Shown here: piece after piece, positions 36,566-46,838 of the stretch
How positions within the stretch are numbered: the stretch's first letter is position 1
Layout of the letters: every line of letters begins with the position of its first letter
IMG/VR virus record: IMGVR_UViG_3300020171_000728
Span: 1 to 64,000 of that record
Length of the DNA stretch: 64,000 bases
DNA from: a virus
Strand: one strand, 5' to 3'
Translations under genes and position numbers: made by a program
The notes under the pieces: model-generated
Seen by the model: the letters and a program-made list of their open reading frames with translations, nothing else
Databases searched by the model: none
What the model was told of the DNA's origin: nothing

Positions 36566-37128
36566 ATTTTTGATGGACTTAATGATGCTTTTGGTAATAA
36601 TTCTGATAAATCTTTAAAATTACTTAACACTGTTGTTCGTGGATATATCTTCGAATCCCAACGATACTTAAAAAATGGGAAATACTCAGCGTATTTATAA
36701 TACCAATCATTCTTATCATCCGTATCATGAACTACAACATAGTCAGCGTTATTTGCAACTCGCTTCATTTCTTCTCTTCTTCTTGGTCCAGGATTGTGGT
36801 CTATAAAAACTACTCCCCAATGTTCTGAAATATCTATCTTATCCCATTCATTATTTTCAACTAAAATTCTTTGATGATAACTGTAATCATTGTTTGATTC
36901 TCTCTTATCTTCATAATTCCAGGTGTTAAAAAATTCTTTTTTATTCTCATACGAAACCAATTTTCTTTTTGTGTCATAACAAGCCCAATGAAGATATGGA
37001 GTTGAAAATAATCCTGTTCCTAACTCTAAAATTGGACCATCTGATAAACTTAATACTTTCATAAGAATAGGTAAATGAGAACCTCCTCCTATGTGACTAT
37101 GTGCTTTTATTGTGCTATATTTGCTCAT
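36562..37128 (-). CDS. methyltransferase-like protein (Methyltransf_24-like?)
   Basis: ILELGTGLFST glycine loop and VFIDH..G block; weak. Confidence 0.3.
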   Translation of the reverse strand: MSKYSTIKAHSHIGGGSHLPILMKVLSLSDGPILELGTGLFSTPYLHWACYDTKRKLVSYENKKEFFNTWNYEDKRESNNDYSYHQRILVENNEWDKIDISEHWGVVFIDHNPGPRRREEMKRVANNADYVVVHDTDDKNDWYYKYAEYFPFFKYRWDSKIYPRTTVLSNFKDLSELLPKASLSPSKI

Positions 37129-37147
37129 TGTAAATATTTATTATGAA

Positions 37148-37579
37148 TTAAATAGTGTGATAGAGTAACTCCCCTTGTTTTCTCGCTTTAATAGCGTCTT
37201 TTATGTTAATAAAATGACCCAAAGATATATTTTTATTATTAATTTTTATTTGTGACAACCATTTTTTATCTTTTTTAATCCACGACACTCCTTTATATCC
37301 TGATGTATTATGCTTCCACATTCCTGTATTCATTTTGTTCTGACTTCTTGTAACAGCCCTTAAATTTTTTCTTCTATTATCTAAAGTATTTCTATTTATA
37401 TGGTCAGTTTGTAAATTGTCTGAAGTATTATTTATAATCCTATGCATATAAATTCTTCCGTCTTTTTCATCTCTCATTGCATAACCGTGACTAAAATACC
37501 ATTTTTTACTATTTAATAAAATAAAATCTCTATCATCTACTAATACGAATTTTCCTTGTGAAAGTAATATCTTTTTCAT
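37148..37579 (-). CDS. HNH endonuclease with AP2 DNA-binding domain (homing endonuclease)
   Basis: YMHRII...DHINRNTLDNRRKNLR (HNH_3) followed by GYKGVSW.KK.KKW.SQI (AP2). Confidence 0.65.
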   Translation of the reverse strand: MKKILLSQGKFVLVDDRDFILLNSKKWYFSHGYAMRDEKDGRIYMHRIINNTSDNLQTDHINRNTLDNRRKNLRAVTRSQNKMNTGMWKHNTSGYKGVSWIKKDKKWLSQIKINNKNISLGHFINIKDAIKARKQGELLYHTI

Positions 37580-38214
37580 ATATTATTAAAATATTTTTTA
37601 TGGATTGTTTCTGCTTTACCCCAGTATTCTAATTTTGTTACTGGAGATATGCTCCTGTCTAAACTTGTCTTCGTACCTATTCCATCTCCTGTTAAAAAAG
37701 TAATCACAGGACTGCCCTCCCATCTGTCTTCTTTATCAAATATCTTATAAATTACTTTTTTAGGGTCTTCTGATTGGCTTAAAGCGTTTTCTAATCGCTC
37801 TATCCAATACTTTCTACAACACATTTGAGCACCTTCCATTCTTGGTTTTTTCCAAAACTTATTTCTATTCTTCCAGTAAGCCCAAACAGGACTATAACGA
37901 TAAACAATATTTTTCTCTGGCGGTATAAAGGTAAAATATTCTGGTGGATATAAACAATCTGATTCAGCAGCAATACAAAACTCTGTCTTAGCTTCCTTCA
38001 ATCCTATTAACAGTTGTTTCCACTCATTAAGGTATGACTGACCAATATCTCCAACACATATATTGTGTCCAAAATCTATAGGTTTTTGAGAGACACTAAT
38101 AATTGGTAAATCTCCACAGTGTTTTAAAATGTTCTCTTGAATTCTTTTTTCAAAAGATTCTTTTTCACGATTTGAAGTATAATATATACAAGTTACTAGA
38201 TCTTTATTTTTCAT
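37576..38214 (-). CDS. hypothetical protein (paralogue of 35243..35968)
   Basis: See the paralogue comparison at 35243..35968. Confidence 0.3.
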   Translation of the reverse strand: MKNKDLVTCIYYTSNREKESFEKRIQENILKHCGDLPIISVSQKPIDFGHNICVGDIGQSYLNEWKQLLIGLKEAKTEFCIAAESDCLYPPEYFTFIPPEKNIVYRYSPVWAYWKNRNKFWKKPRMEGAQMCCRKYWIERLENALSQSEDPKKVIYKIFDKEDRWEGSPVITFLTGDGIGTKTSLDRSISPVTKLEYWGKAETIHKKYFNNI

Positions 38215-38219
38215 ATATA

Positions 38220-38420
38220 CTATTTTCTATAATGAAAATATCCATCATAAAACTCTTTTTTTTTATATTTTTGTATACTCATTTCATATAAACATTCATC
38301 ATCCTCAGAATGGTCTCCATTTTCTCTTCCACAATATAAACACTGTTTGCCAGATTTTATTTTCTGTAAATTTTCCTTCATTTTTTCTAATGATAATTTA
38401 TTTAATTTATGTTTTTCCAT
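38220..38420 (-). CDS. small Cys-rich protein
   Basis: 66 aa with CLYCG...DDEC. Confidence 0.25.
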   Translation of the reverse strand: MEKHKLNKLSLEKMKENLQKIKSGKQCLYCGRENGDHSEDDECLYEMSIQKYKKKEFYDGYFHYRK

Positions 38421-38461
38421 TTTATTATATCTTGATTTTATTTTTTTTCAAATAATCATAA

Positions 38462-39274
38462 TTATATTTTCCATTTAGGTCTAATTTCTTTTTTATAATA
38501 ATTACCCCATACACCAAGAGAATACTTCCAACTAGCTTCTCTATTTGAAGGATTTTCTGGACTGCCTTCCTGATGAGTTCGAGAAAATGATCTATGTTTA
38601 TGCGCAAACCATGTATTCTTGTTTAACATCAACTTCCCACCTGCCTGCCATGTTTTCATTGTAACTTCTACTGAATCTTGGTATGTTGGACCATATCCCT
38701 CAGTCTGCAACTCCCCTCCACAAACCTCGTCAAACCACTTACGTGGTATTATCCACATACTTCCTTGCATAGCAGTAGTTTCATCAACCATAATATCTTT
38801 TCGTTCCTTATCTCGACTTCTCCAACGTTGACCAGCAAACTTTTTAACACCATTTCCACAATCTTGAATTACAAGTTTTTCATAATCTATATAAGGTATG
38901 TCCATTAATTCCCATTTTACAGGATCTAAGAAATAACGTCTGGCTGTCATAATCTGATTAGGTTCACACGATTCGGTTAAAATTCTATCATACCCTTTCC
39001 CAAATGCACAATGCTCATCTAGCCTCATGAAAAACTCTCCATTTGAAACATCTATTCCTGCATTGATAGCACCTCTCATCCCTCTATTTTGACCAAGATG
39101 TACTATTTTTACTCTACTATCATTTATTAACTCAAAATCAGGCCAGTAACCATCTAAAACCTGAATGATTTCCAATTGGTCACCCAATTCTGAATTCTCT
39201 AAAAGTGAACCAATTGTTTTCTGTGAAAGTGGGTCCTTATATGATGGGATAACTACACTTAATTTTATATTCAT
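38462..39274 (-). CDS. GT2-like glycosyltransferase (paralogue of 33672..34652)
   Basis: LSVVIPSYKD...VLDG; shared C-terminal block with 33672..34652. Confidence 0.5.
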   Translation of the reverse strand: MNIKLSVVIPSYKDPLSQKTIGSLLENSELGDQLEIIQVLDGYWPDFELINDSRVKIVHLGQNRGMRGAINAGIDVSNGEFFMRLDEHCAFGKGYDRILTESCEPNQIMTARRYFLDPVKWELMDIPYIDYEKLVIQDCGNGVKKFAGQRWRSRDKERKDIMVDETTAMQGSMWIIPRKWFDEVCGGELQTEGYGPTYQDSVEVTMKTWQAGGKLMLNKNTWFAHKHRSFSRTHQEGSPENPSNREASWKYSLGVWGNYYKKEIRPKWKI

Positions 39275-39479
39275 AATATTTTATCCGATTGTGTTATTAA
39301 TGTCTATCCTGTGCTCACACATCACGCGTAGTGATGTTTTTATACAAAACTGATACAATATATATACTTAATACTAAAATGGTCTCTAGGACTCACATAT
39401 TCTTGAATCTTTTAGGATACTTATGATGATTAGGAGAGACTTTTCACCACAAATAGCTAAAAGTAAATATGTTAGGTCT

Positions 39480-39713
39480 TTAATTGACTTTCTTTGATGA
39501 GATACTTAATTCTTTTTTTTCGGCTAATGTTAATTGTTTTACATCTAATTCTTCAACACAAATATTATCATTGTCTTTTGCCCAGTTAGGAACCTTGGTA
39601 TACATTTTAGATGTACCATGTTCTATATTGGGATCTGGTGAAAAATTTGATGGTGATGTAATCCTATATACTGTTTTTGTAGTTTTTATAGTTTTTACAG
39701 TTTTTGTTTTCAT
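39480..39713 (-). CDS. stand-alone copy of a 55-aa domain also found inside the 920-aa glycosyltransferase
   Basis: KTVYRITSPSNFSPDPNIEHGTSKMY...WAKDNDNICVEEL matches ETVYRITSPSNFSPDPHIENGTSKIY...WAKNNGNICVEEL in 39722..42484; about 140 bp is about 85% identical at the DNA level (39540-39700 vs 40920-41060). Confidence 0.35.
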   Translation of the reverse strand: MKTKTVKTIKTTKTVYRITSPSNFSPDPNIEHGTSKMYTKVPNWAKDNDNICVEELDVKQLTLAEKKELSISSKKVN

Positions 39714-39721
39714 AATGGTTT

Positions 39722-42484
39722 TTAATTTTTTATTTTTTCTTGAACGACCTTTGATGTCTTTAATTGACTTTTTTTATGTTTTTCTATTATAGCAATTATT
39801 CTATTAGATGTTCGCCCATCCCCAAAAGGATTTTCGCCGAACACAATATTCTTAGAAATAAACTTTTTAATATTTTTTAGGATATTATCCTTTTTTAAAT
39901 CTTTTACTAAAATGCCATAACCTTTCTCTATTAATTCCTGCCTTTCTGTTTCTTTTCTTAAAATAATTACTTTCTTTTTAAATGAGGGGCATTCCTCTAA
40001 AACGCCTCCACTGTCACTTATAACATATTCACAAAATTTCAGATGCCATAGAAAATCTTTATAACTCATTGGGCTAACTGTTTCTAATCCAATCTTCATT
40101 ATCATGTCTTGAACATTTGGATTTGGATGAGCGGGCAATACTACTTTAATTGTTTTTGAAAGTTCTTTTAATGCTAAAAATATTTGCTCCATATCATCTC
40201 CAAAACTTTCTCTACGATGAATTGTTGCTAAAACATATTTTTCTTCGATGGGTCGTTTTTTTGGCAATATTTTTTGAATCATTTTCAGTGCATCAACAAC
40301 TGTGTTACCTACCAAATATGCTCTACCTTGCAAATTTTCATTTTTTAAATTATCAATGGCTTGCTTGGTTGGGGCGAACATAATATCAGCCATTCTGTCT
40401 ATTTGGGTTCTAAACATCTCTTCGGGAAATGGATTATTTTTGTATGTTCGCAATCCAGCCTCAATATGAACTAATGGAATTTTATTAACAAAAGCGACAA
40501 ATGCTCCAGCGAGCGCTGATGATGTATCGCCCTGAACCCAAATCCTATCAAAATTATTTTCTTTAATAATTCTATCCAATTCAATAATACACATTGAAAA
40601 GAATCCTGTCAAACTTTGATTCTCTGTCATTAAATCAAAATTTACATCTGGTTCAATTTCGAAACATTCAAATGCCTCATTAGATAATTCTTTATGTTGT
40701 CCTGTGTGAATAACAAATGGATTCATTTTTAGAATCAGAGGAGCGGATTTGATAATATCGGGTCTTGTTCCAACGATAAAACAATCTTTGTTGTTTTTTT
40801 CTCTCATAACATTTCCTTTTTCAATCCCCTTTGGTCCATCTTTTATATGAGCATTTTTATTTGCCATATTATTTATTTGTGTTCTATAATCTTTATCATC
40901 GGCTGGGTCTAATTTATTAATATTCAATTCTTCAACACAAATATTCCCATTATTTTTAGCCCATTCTGGAATATCAAAGTATATTTTAGATGTTCCATTC
41001 TCTATATGTGGATCTGGTGAAAAATTTGATGGTGATGTTATCCTATATACAGTTTCAATAATAATCATATCAGGCTTATTGTTAATATCATCAATACGAT
41101 CCATTTCTATCGAATAATTTTTATATTTTGAAACAGATTTATTATCATCAATCATATCTAGTAAGCCTATTTCAACACCATCATAAAAAGCTGATATAAT
41201 ATTCGGTGCAGAATATTGGAATTGTGTCCATCCATGTAATAATTTATTATTAGAATATTGACTAATTTTTTCTTTAATTTTTTGTCGTTTAATAACAATG
41301 GCACTTCCACCGACATATTTACTAAAATAAATTTTACTATTTTCAAATTCAATTGATTTTAAATCTTTCATCCATTCTTCAAAATTATTATAACTTTCAT
41401 GCCTGATAGGATGTTTTGCTTGAACAATATCTATATTATTTAAACGCACAACCATTAACAACTCTTTCAACCAATTTTTAGAAACAATCGTATCGTTATC
41501 TACCTTTGCAACATAGGCATCATTGCATGTTAAATTAAAAAATTGGTCCATACTTGCGGCTACTCCTTTATTCTTATGATTAAATATAACCTTAATCTTT
41601 GGATTTTTAATAGTTTTTAACCATTTTTTTGTTGCTTTATTTGACTTATTATCAATGATATAAATCTTAAACTTACCTTCGGTTTTTAATAATGATTTTA
41701 ACGCTATTTTCGTGTAAGCAAGACGGTTATAAACTAAGAACAAGATAGGAATAGTCTTATTATATTTAGAATATTTCTTATATAATTTCATTTTGTTCTT
41801 GTGTATATATTCACCACCCCCACCTATCTCATTTGCTGTTTTACTAACAAAATGATGAATACGGCTAGAAAATATTTCCATTAATTCAAATCCATTTTCC
41901 CATAGACGATACAAATAATCAGTATCTTCATAATAAGCCATTTTAAATCTTTCATCAAAATATCCAACTTTTTTAAAAATATATCTTGGCAAAACAAAAC
42001 AACATCCAAACTTGCTTGTTTTCTTCATTCCATCTACTATTTTACTATTATAAAAATCTTCTGGTATTACATCCCCATCACTTGCGATTGGCGTGGTTAA
42101 CCCAATATTTTTATCTTTGAATGGTTTAATTAGATTTTTCAACCAGTTATCTGAAACAACAATATCATTATTAATAATTGCAATATAATCCGCATTAGAT
42201 GCTTTTAATCCTTGATTCCATGCGGGTCCAACACCTCTATTTGTTTTATTCTTAATATACTTAAATTTAATTTTATTTTGTTCTAAATATTCTTTAATCC
42301 ATTTTTCAGACCCATCTGTGGAATTATTGTCAATAATAATTATCCTAAATAATATTTTGGTGCATTTAATTATACTTTCCAAACATTGTTTTGTATACTC
42401 TAAATTATTTAAAATAGGTATAACAATATCCACATCTTTTTTTATTTCTTTTTTATTCATATAATTACCACAATTTTGGGTCAT
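39722..42484 (-). CDS. multidomain glycosyltransferase: GT2 + GT2 + repeated 55-aa module + UDP-N-acetylglucosamine 2-epimerase (WecB-like)
   Basis: N-terminal VDIVIPILNN...DNNSTDGS (GT2); second domain ILFLVYNRLAYTK...IDNKSN; C-terminal 380 aa with GTRPDIIK..., HTGQH..., HIEAGLRTY... typical of non-hydrolysing UDP-GlcNAc 2-epimerases. Confidence 0.6.
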   Translation of the reverse strand: MTQNCGNYMNKKEIKKDVDIVIPILNNLEYTKQCLESIIKCTKILFRIIIIDNNSTDGSEKWIKEYLEQNKIKFKYIKNKTNRGVGPAWNQGLKASNADYIAIINNDIVVSDNWLKNLIKPFKDKNIGLTTPIASDGDVIPEDFYNSKIVDGMKKTSKFGCCFVLPRYIFKKVGYFDERFKMAYYEDTDYLYRLWENGFELMEIFSSRIHHFVSKTANEIGGGGEYIHKNKMKLYKKYSKYNKTIPILFLVYNRLAYTKIALKSLLKTEGKFKIYIIDNKSNKATKKWLKTIKNPKIKVIFNHKNKGVAASMDQFFNLTCNDAYVAKVDNDTIVSKNWLKELLMVVRLNNIDIVQAKHPIRHESYNNFEEWMKDLKSIEFENSKIYFSKYVGGSAIVIKRQKIKEKISQYSNNKLLHGWTQFQYSAPNIISAFYDGVEIGLLDMIDDNKSVSKYKNYSIEMDRIDDINNKPDMIIIETVYRITSPSNFSPDPHIENGTSKIYFDIPEWAKNNGNICVEELNINKLDPADDKDYRTQINNMANKNAHIKDGPKGIEKGNVMREKNNKDCFIVGTRPDIIKSAPLILKMNPFVIHTGQHKELSNEAFECFEIEPDVNFDLMTENQSLTGFFSMCIIELDRIIKENNFDRIWVQGDTSSALAGAFVAFVNKIPLVHIEAGLRTYKNNPFPEEMFRTQIDRMADIMFAPTKQAIDNLKNENLQGRAYLVGNTVVDALKMIQKILPKKRPIEEKYVLATIHRRESFGDDMEQIFLALKELSKTIKVVLPAHPNPNVQDMIMKIGLETVSPMSYKDFLWHLKFCEYVISDSGGVLEECPSFKKKVIILRKETERQELIEKGYGILVKDLKKDNILKNIKKFISKNIVFGENPFGDGRTSNRIIAIIEKHKKSQLKTSKVVQEKIKN

Positions 42485-43238
42485 TTAAATGTTCTTCACA
42501 CTCTTTTCTAATTTGTTCCTCTGTAATATTATGATGCTGTATAGTCATTCTTTTTTCTAAATTATTTTTACTTTGTCGTTCTTTTCTACCAGCTATTCGT
42601 CTTTCTATTGCAATATCAACATCAACCATTGCCCAATGTGCTCCAAGAAAATTATCAATGGAAATAATAACATCTTTATTTTCTCTATAACGATCATTAC
42701 CTATACCTAAAACAATATTTACTTGAGGTTTAAAAACAATCGGTTTGTTGTATAATGCGTTCATCCCTTCTGTGATATTTGTATCACCATGACACCTTTG
42801 TGTTTTTATTGATAGATTTGCATCTAAATCTGTGTCTGTAATATGCCTATATGTTTGCCACATTTGTGCATATAAAAGATTGCCTTTCTGTTTTGATAAA
42901 AATTCTTTTGGTTCTTCATCTCTACATGGCCATATAAATTCATCTGAATCTACAACATATACCCAATCGCAATCTAATTTCTTTGTGATTTCATTAATTT
43001 TATTTACTTTTAGTATATCATCCATCATATCAGGAAATGTAAAATCTTCAATTTCAACATTAGAATATTGGGAACATATTTCCCTAGTATTGTCATTAGT
43101 ATCCGCATCTAATAATAAGTGTATCTTGTCAACATATTTATAGTGATTCAAAAAGAAAGGAGCTAACTTTTCTTCATTATACCACATTGTTACAATTTCA
43201 ATTTTCATTTGTTTTTTATATCTTTTTTGTTTGCCCAT
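42465..43238 (-). CDS. glycosyltransferase-like protein (GT-A fold, MWYNEE family)
   Basis: IVTMWYNEEKLAPFFLNHY...DADTNDNT resembles GT-A nucleotide-sugar transferases. Confidence 0.35.
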   Translation of the reverse strand: MGKQKRYKKQMKIEIVTMWYNEEKLAPFFLNHYKYVDKIHLLLDADTNDNTREICSQYSNVEIEDFTFPDMMDDILKVNKINEITKKLDCDWVYVVDSDEFIWPCRDEEPKEFLSKQKGNLLYAQMWQTYRHITDTDLDANLSIKTQRCHGDTNITEGMNALYNKPIVFKPQVNIVLGIGNDRYRENKDVIISIDNFLGAHWAMVDVDIAIERRIAGRKERQSKNNLEKRMTIQHHNITEEQIRKECEEHLNDPKLW

Positions 43239-43774
43239 ACCAAAGAAAATACAGGTTCAGATATTTTATTAAATGTTTCATCAATGGCTTTTTTAACACC
43301 ATCATGTTTTATATTTTCTCTATAGTATTTATCATAATCATGAAAGGCTATTGTGCCATTTTCTTTTAATTTGGGTAAACATACCCTAATATCTTCTTTA
43401 ATGCTTTTATAATCATGCATACCATCTATAAAAATAAAATCAAATTTAATATCTATTTGTGGAACAATTTCTTCTGATTTGCCGATATATGTTGTAATGT
43501 TTTTCCAACCTAAAATATTAGATCTAAATTGTTCAAGTGTTGTAAATTTATCTAATTGAGTTATTCCCTCTCCATCTGCCATAAATGTATCAACACTATA
43601 AACTTGTTTAGCAACTTCGGCCATACATATAGTTGTTTTCCCCATAAAACTACCTATTTCCAAACACACTTTATCCATTGCTAATTCTTGTAATTGAATA
43701 CATTCTTTTTTATCATAAATAAAGCCATGTATTTCTTCCCATTTTCTTCTTTTGATTGTATATTTTTCATTCAT
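43205..43774 (-). CDS. class I SAM-dependent methyltransferase (TylF/Methyltransf_24-like)
   Basis: CLEIGSFMGKTT...FIFIDGMHDY...GTIAFHDY. Confidence 0.55.
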   Translation of the reverse strand: MNEKYTIKRRKWEEIHGFIYDKKECIQLQELAMDKVCLEIGSFMGKTTICMAEVAKQVYSVDTFMADGEGITQLDKFTTLEQFRSNILGWKNITTYIGKSEEIVPQIDIKFDFIFIDGMHDYKSIKEDIRVCLPKLKENGTIAFHDYDKYYRENIKHDGVKKAIDETFNKISEPVFSLVWANKKDIKNK

Positions 43775-44654
43775 ATTTTTTATCCTTTTTAATATCTTCC
43801 CTATAATTACTAGGGTCCCATGTTAATCTATTTTTTTCTATTTCTTTAATTGTTAATTTTTTATCATAAATTTCTATATCTTTTTCTGATAATCTTGGTA
43901 ATTTATGTTTTTTAAATAATGTTAAATTTCCTTGAGAAAATTTTTCTTTTTTTGTTTTTAAATATTCCCTTTCTATTGGTATAATCATTCCACAATATTT
44001 ACAATATCTATTTACTTGATCTTGAAAATCTTTAGGTTCTTTTTTCCACCAATCTTTTTCAACTGGATAACCACCGGGGCCATCTAAAATAGAATCTATC
44101 GCATATGCTATTTCACAGAAAAATGCACCTTTTGGAGAAATAGTTGGACACCATGTTTTTTGTACCCAACAATCATCAATAAGTTGTTTCCTATATTTTT
44201 TATCTTTTATAACATCTTTGATAGCTATTGTCATGGGTTGATGCCTACATGTGCCTTGTTGATAGTCATTATGTTCATTGTAAGCAGTAAAACTAAATGT
44301 TTGAGCAATTAATTCTTTATACTCCTCATATTTAATACCTCCTGTAGTAAATAACTCAAATTTCTTTTTAAGTCCCATTTCTTGTATAATCAAACATATT
44401 TCCTTAAATTGTGGATGTAATGTTGGTTCACCGCCAATAATTCCAATTCTACTTGGCCATCCTTCCAATGAATCAAGAGCTTTTTTAAAGAAATCTAAAT
44501 CCATAAAAAATCTTTGGTCTTGTCTAGTGTGTCTAATATACCGCGAGCAATATATACAATCCTTATTGCATATATTTGTTATATCAATTTGACACAACCA
44601 TGCTTTTTGAATTGGTTTCATATTATTTATTGTATAAATTATCAAAATATTCAA
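43767..44654 (-). CDS. radical SAM enzyme with SPASM-like C-terminal Cys cluster
   Basis: ITNICNKDCIYCSRY contains the CxxxCxxC radical SAM motif; GGEPTLHP glycine-rich SAM-binding motif; C-terminal C...C...CKYCG cluster. Confidence 0.6.
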   Translation of the reverse strand: MNILIIYTINNMKPIQKAWLCQIDITNICNKDCIYCSRYIRHTRQDQRFFMDLDFFKKALDSLEGWPSRIGIIGGEPTLHPQFKEICLIIQEMGLKKKFELFTTGGIKYEEYKELIAQTFSFTAYNEHNDYQQGTCRHQPMTIAIKDVIKDKKYRKQLIDDCWVQKTWCPTISPKGAFFCEIAYAIDSILDGPGGYPVEKDWWKKEPKDFQDQVNRYCKYCGMIIPIEREYLKTKKEKFSQGNLTLFKKHKLPRLSEKDIEIYDKKLTIKEIEKNRLTWDPSNYREDIKKDKKYE

Positions 44655-45279
44655 ATTCTTTTAAATTTAATATTTCTTTACGATTTATATCTAAATCCTT
44701 ATAAGTCATATTATCAATATCATTAATTGAATAATTAAGCATATCTTCTGGCTTACCTCTTGTAATAACTCCAACTCCATAATCTTCATTCACAACAAAA
44801 ATATTTAAATCATTTTGTGTCGACCTTAATCTAATAATAGTTTTCCACACATTACCACACCAAAGACCATTCCAACCATCCATTTTTTCTGCTTTTTCTA
44901 TTGGTATAGTCGCACTAACTTTTGTAGTAGGGCTACAATCATGTATAATAATTACACCACCATTATTTAGGTATTGTAAACAATTATTAAAATCTTTTAA
45001 TGATTGTTTATATGTATGCATTCCATCAATAAAAGCAACATCTATGCCATTCTTAATACAAACATCAGAATGTTCTTCAAAAAAAGTATCACTAGTCATC
45101 TTAAAAAACTGACTTGTTATATTATCACATAAATGAGCTATTTGAGACTTTGGATCTATAGCTATTTTTCTTTTTATTTTGATAGGAAAGAAAGTTATAC
45201 CACCTTCTACACCAACTTCTATGTATGTTTTTGCCTTTATTCTATCTATTACTGATTGTATAATATCTAATCTATTCAT
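44623..45279 (-). CDS. class I SAM-dependent methyltransferase (TylF/Methyltransf_24-like)
   Basis: YIEVGVEGG...VAFIDGMHTY...VIIIHDC. Confidence 0.5.
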   Translation of the reverse strand: MNRLDIIQSVIDRIKAKTYIEVGVEGGITFFPIKIKRKIAIDPKSQIAHLCDNITSQFFKMTSDTFFEEHSDVCIKNGIDVAFIDGMHTYKQSLKDFNNCLQYLNNGGVIIIHDCSPTTKVSATIPIEKAEKMDGWNGLWCGNVWKTIIRLRSTQNDLNIFVVNEDYGVGVITRGKPEDMLNYSINDIDNMTYKDLDINRKEILNLKEFEYFDNLYNK

Positions 45280-45332
45280 TTTGTTTTATGTTTTTAAATA
45301 TTGTATGTTTAGAAAATGTAATCATAATAATT

Positions 45333-46127
45333 TTATTTACAATATAAATTCATTCCTTCTTTATATTTTTTAAAATTCTCTAAAATTAAATAGTGAGATT
45401 CATCTTTCATTTTTCTAACATTTTGATATAAATACTTACCACTATTATTAATCAATTCCTTATAATCTTCTGGACAATTTGGGAATATTTCACAATGATA
45501 CATTTTAACACCACAATCAGAATGTCTGCAAATATATTTAAATTTAAAACCAGATAGTTCAACTCTTTCTTTGTAATCAAGGTCTTCCCATAAAAAAGGA
45601 CCATACTCTTCGTTCCAATAACCTATCTTATTAATAACTTTTCTACTAATCATCATAACACAACCAGTGAAGGTTTCACATAAACCTATTCCGTTTACAC
45701 TCTCCATAACTTTTCTTCTATTTGCCATAGTAACAAACCCCAAATCTAAAGATGTTAAAACATTTTCATATTTTATAAGCCATTCTTTATCTACAAAAAC
45801 AACATCATCATCTACTTTTATAACATAATCACCTGAACATTGTCTGAATATATGATTGAGATTTTTGGGATAATGATTATCTTTTAAATAATATACCTTT
45901 AATCCTTTAATTTCTTTTAAAAAGTTTAAGTCTTCTTCTTTGGGATAATACATAACATCTCTAAATCGTTCATCATCCACTACGCCCATATGTATATTAA
46001 CTATTCTATCACCAAAATTACATTTCAAAAGTGATTTTATACATTCTCTAAAAAATGGGTATCTTTGAATAGGTGCTACTATTACAATATCATGAGTTGT
46101 TTTTTTTAATGACATTTTATTTATCAA
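45333..46127 (-). CDS. GT-A-fold glycosyltransferase candidate
   Basis: HDIVIVAPIQRYPF...IKVDDDVVF (DxD) architecture. Confidence 0.4.
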   Translation of the reverse strand: MINKMSLKKTTHDIVIVAPIQRYPFFRECIKSLLKCNFGDRIVNIHMGVVDDERFRDVMYYPKEEDLNFLKEIKGLKVYYLKDNHYPKNLNHIFRQCSGDYVIKVDDDVVFVDKEWLIKYENVLTSLDLGFVTMANRRKVMESVNGIGLCETFTGCVMMISRKVINKIGYWNEEYGPFLWEDLDYKERVELSGFKFKYICRHSDCGVKMYHCEIFPNCPEDYKELINNSGKYLYQNVRKMKDESHYLILENFKKYKEGMNLYCK

Positions 46128-46836
46128 GAATAAGTTTCCATCCTCTTTTTATATATTCATCGAAAAGATTAAAACGTTCTTTATTGTGTTCTTTATTTAC
46201 AAGCCAGGATGCCACAGAATCACATCCATATTCCATTGCTTTTTTAGGGTCTGACCCCCATAAAGACTTATTTTTAATCGGATGTGGCGGAACATATGTC
46301 GGAATATTACCAAAAATCTGTGCATTAGCTGAAAGTTGTATATCTTCACCATTATTATGTTCAAGTATATCGTCAAACCACATATATTTTAGATTTTCTG
46401 TTCTTAAAAACCATGAATGTCCTCCAAAATCCACAAGAATTTCATTGTCTGATGGGTCTCCCCAACCTGGACAATGTTGTTTATTACTTTCTATATCAAC
46501 TATTCTACCATTTGTCACGCAAATACAATCGTGTTTTTTGATAGTATCAATGCAATTTAAATGCCAATCCTTACCAGGTACAGTGTCATCATCATAAAAT
46601 GCCACATATTCAGTATCCACCAATAGGCCAATAGCAAATCTTAAATGGAATTTCATATTCTTTGAAGAATATATTACATGGTCTATTTCCTTAGGATAAT
46701 TAAATTTTACTCCACCTTCATTTTGAACAACAATGATTTTTGAAGAAATAGTTTGATTCTTAATAGCTTCAAGTTGTTCTTGAAAATATTCTGGTCGTTT
46801 GTATGTTTGTAAAATAGTAGTTATATTTATTTTCAT
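46117..46836 (-). CDS. GT-A-fold glycosyltransferase candidate
   Basis: INITTILQTYKRPEY...AFYDDDT (DxD). Confidence 0.4.
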   Translation of the reverse strand: MKINITTILQTYKRPEYFQEQLEAIKNQTISSKIIVVQNEGGVKFNYPKEIDHVIYSSKNMKFHLRFAIGLLVDTEYVAFYDDDTVPGKDWHLNCIDTIKKHDCICVTNGRIVDIESNKQHCPGWGDPSDNEILVDFGGHSWFLRTENLKYMWFDDILEHNNGEDIQLSANAQIFGNIPTYVPPHPIKNKSLWGSDPKKAMEYGCDSVASWLVNKEHNKERFNLFDEYIKRGWKLILDK

Positions 46837-46838
46837 AT

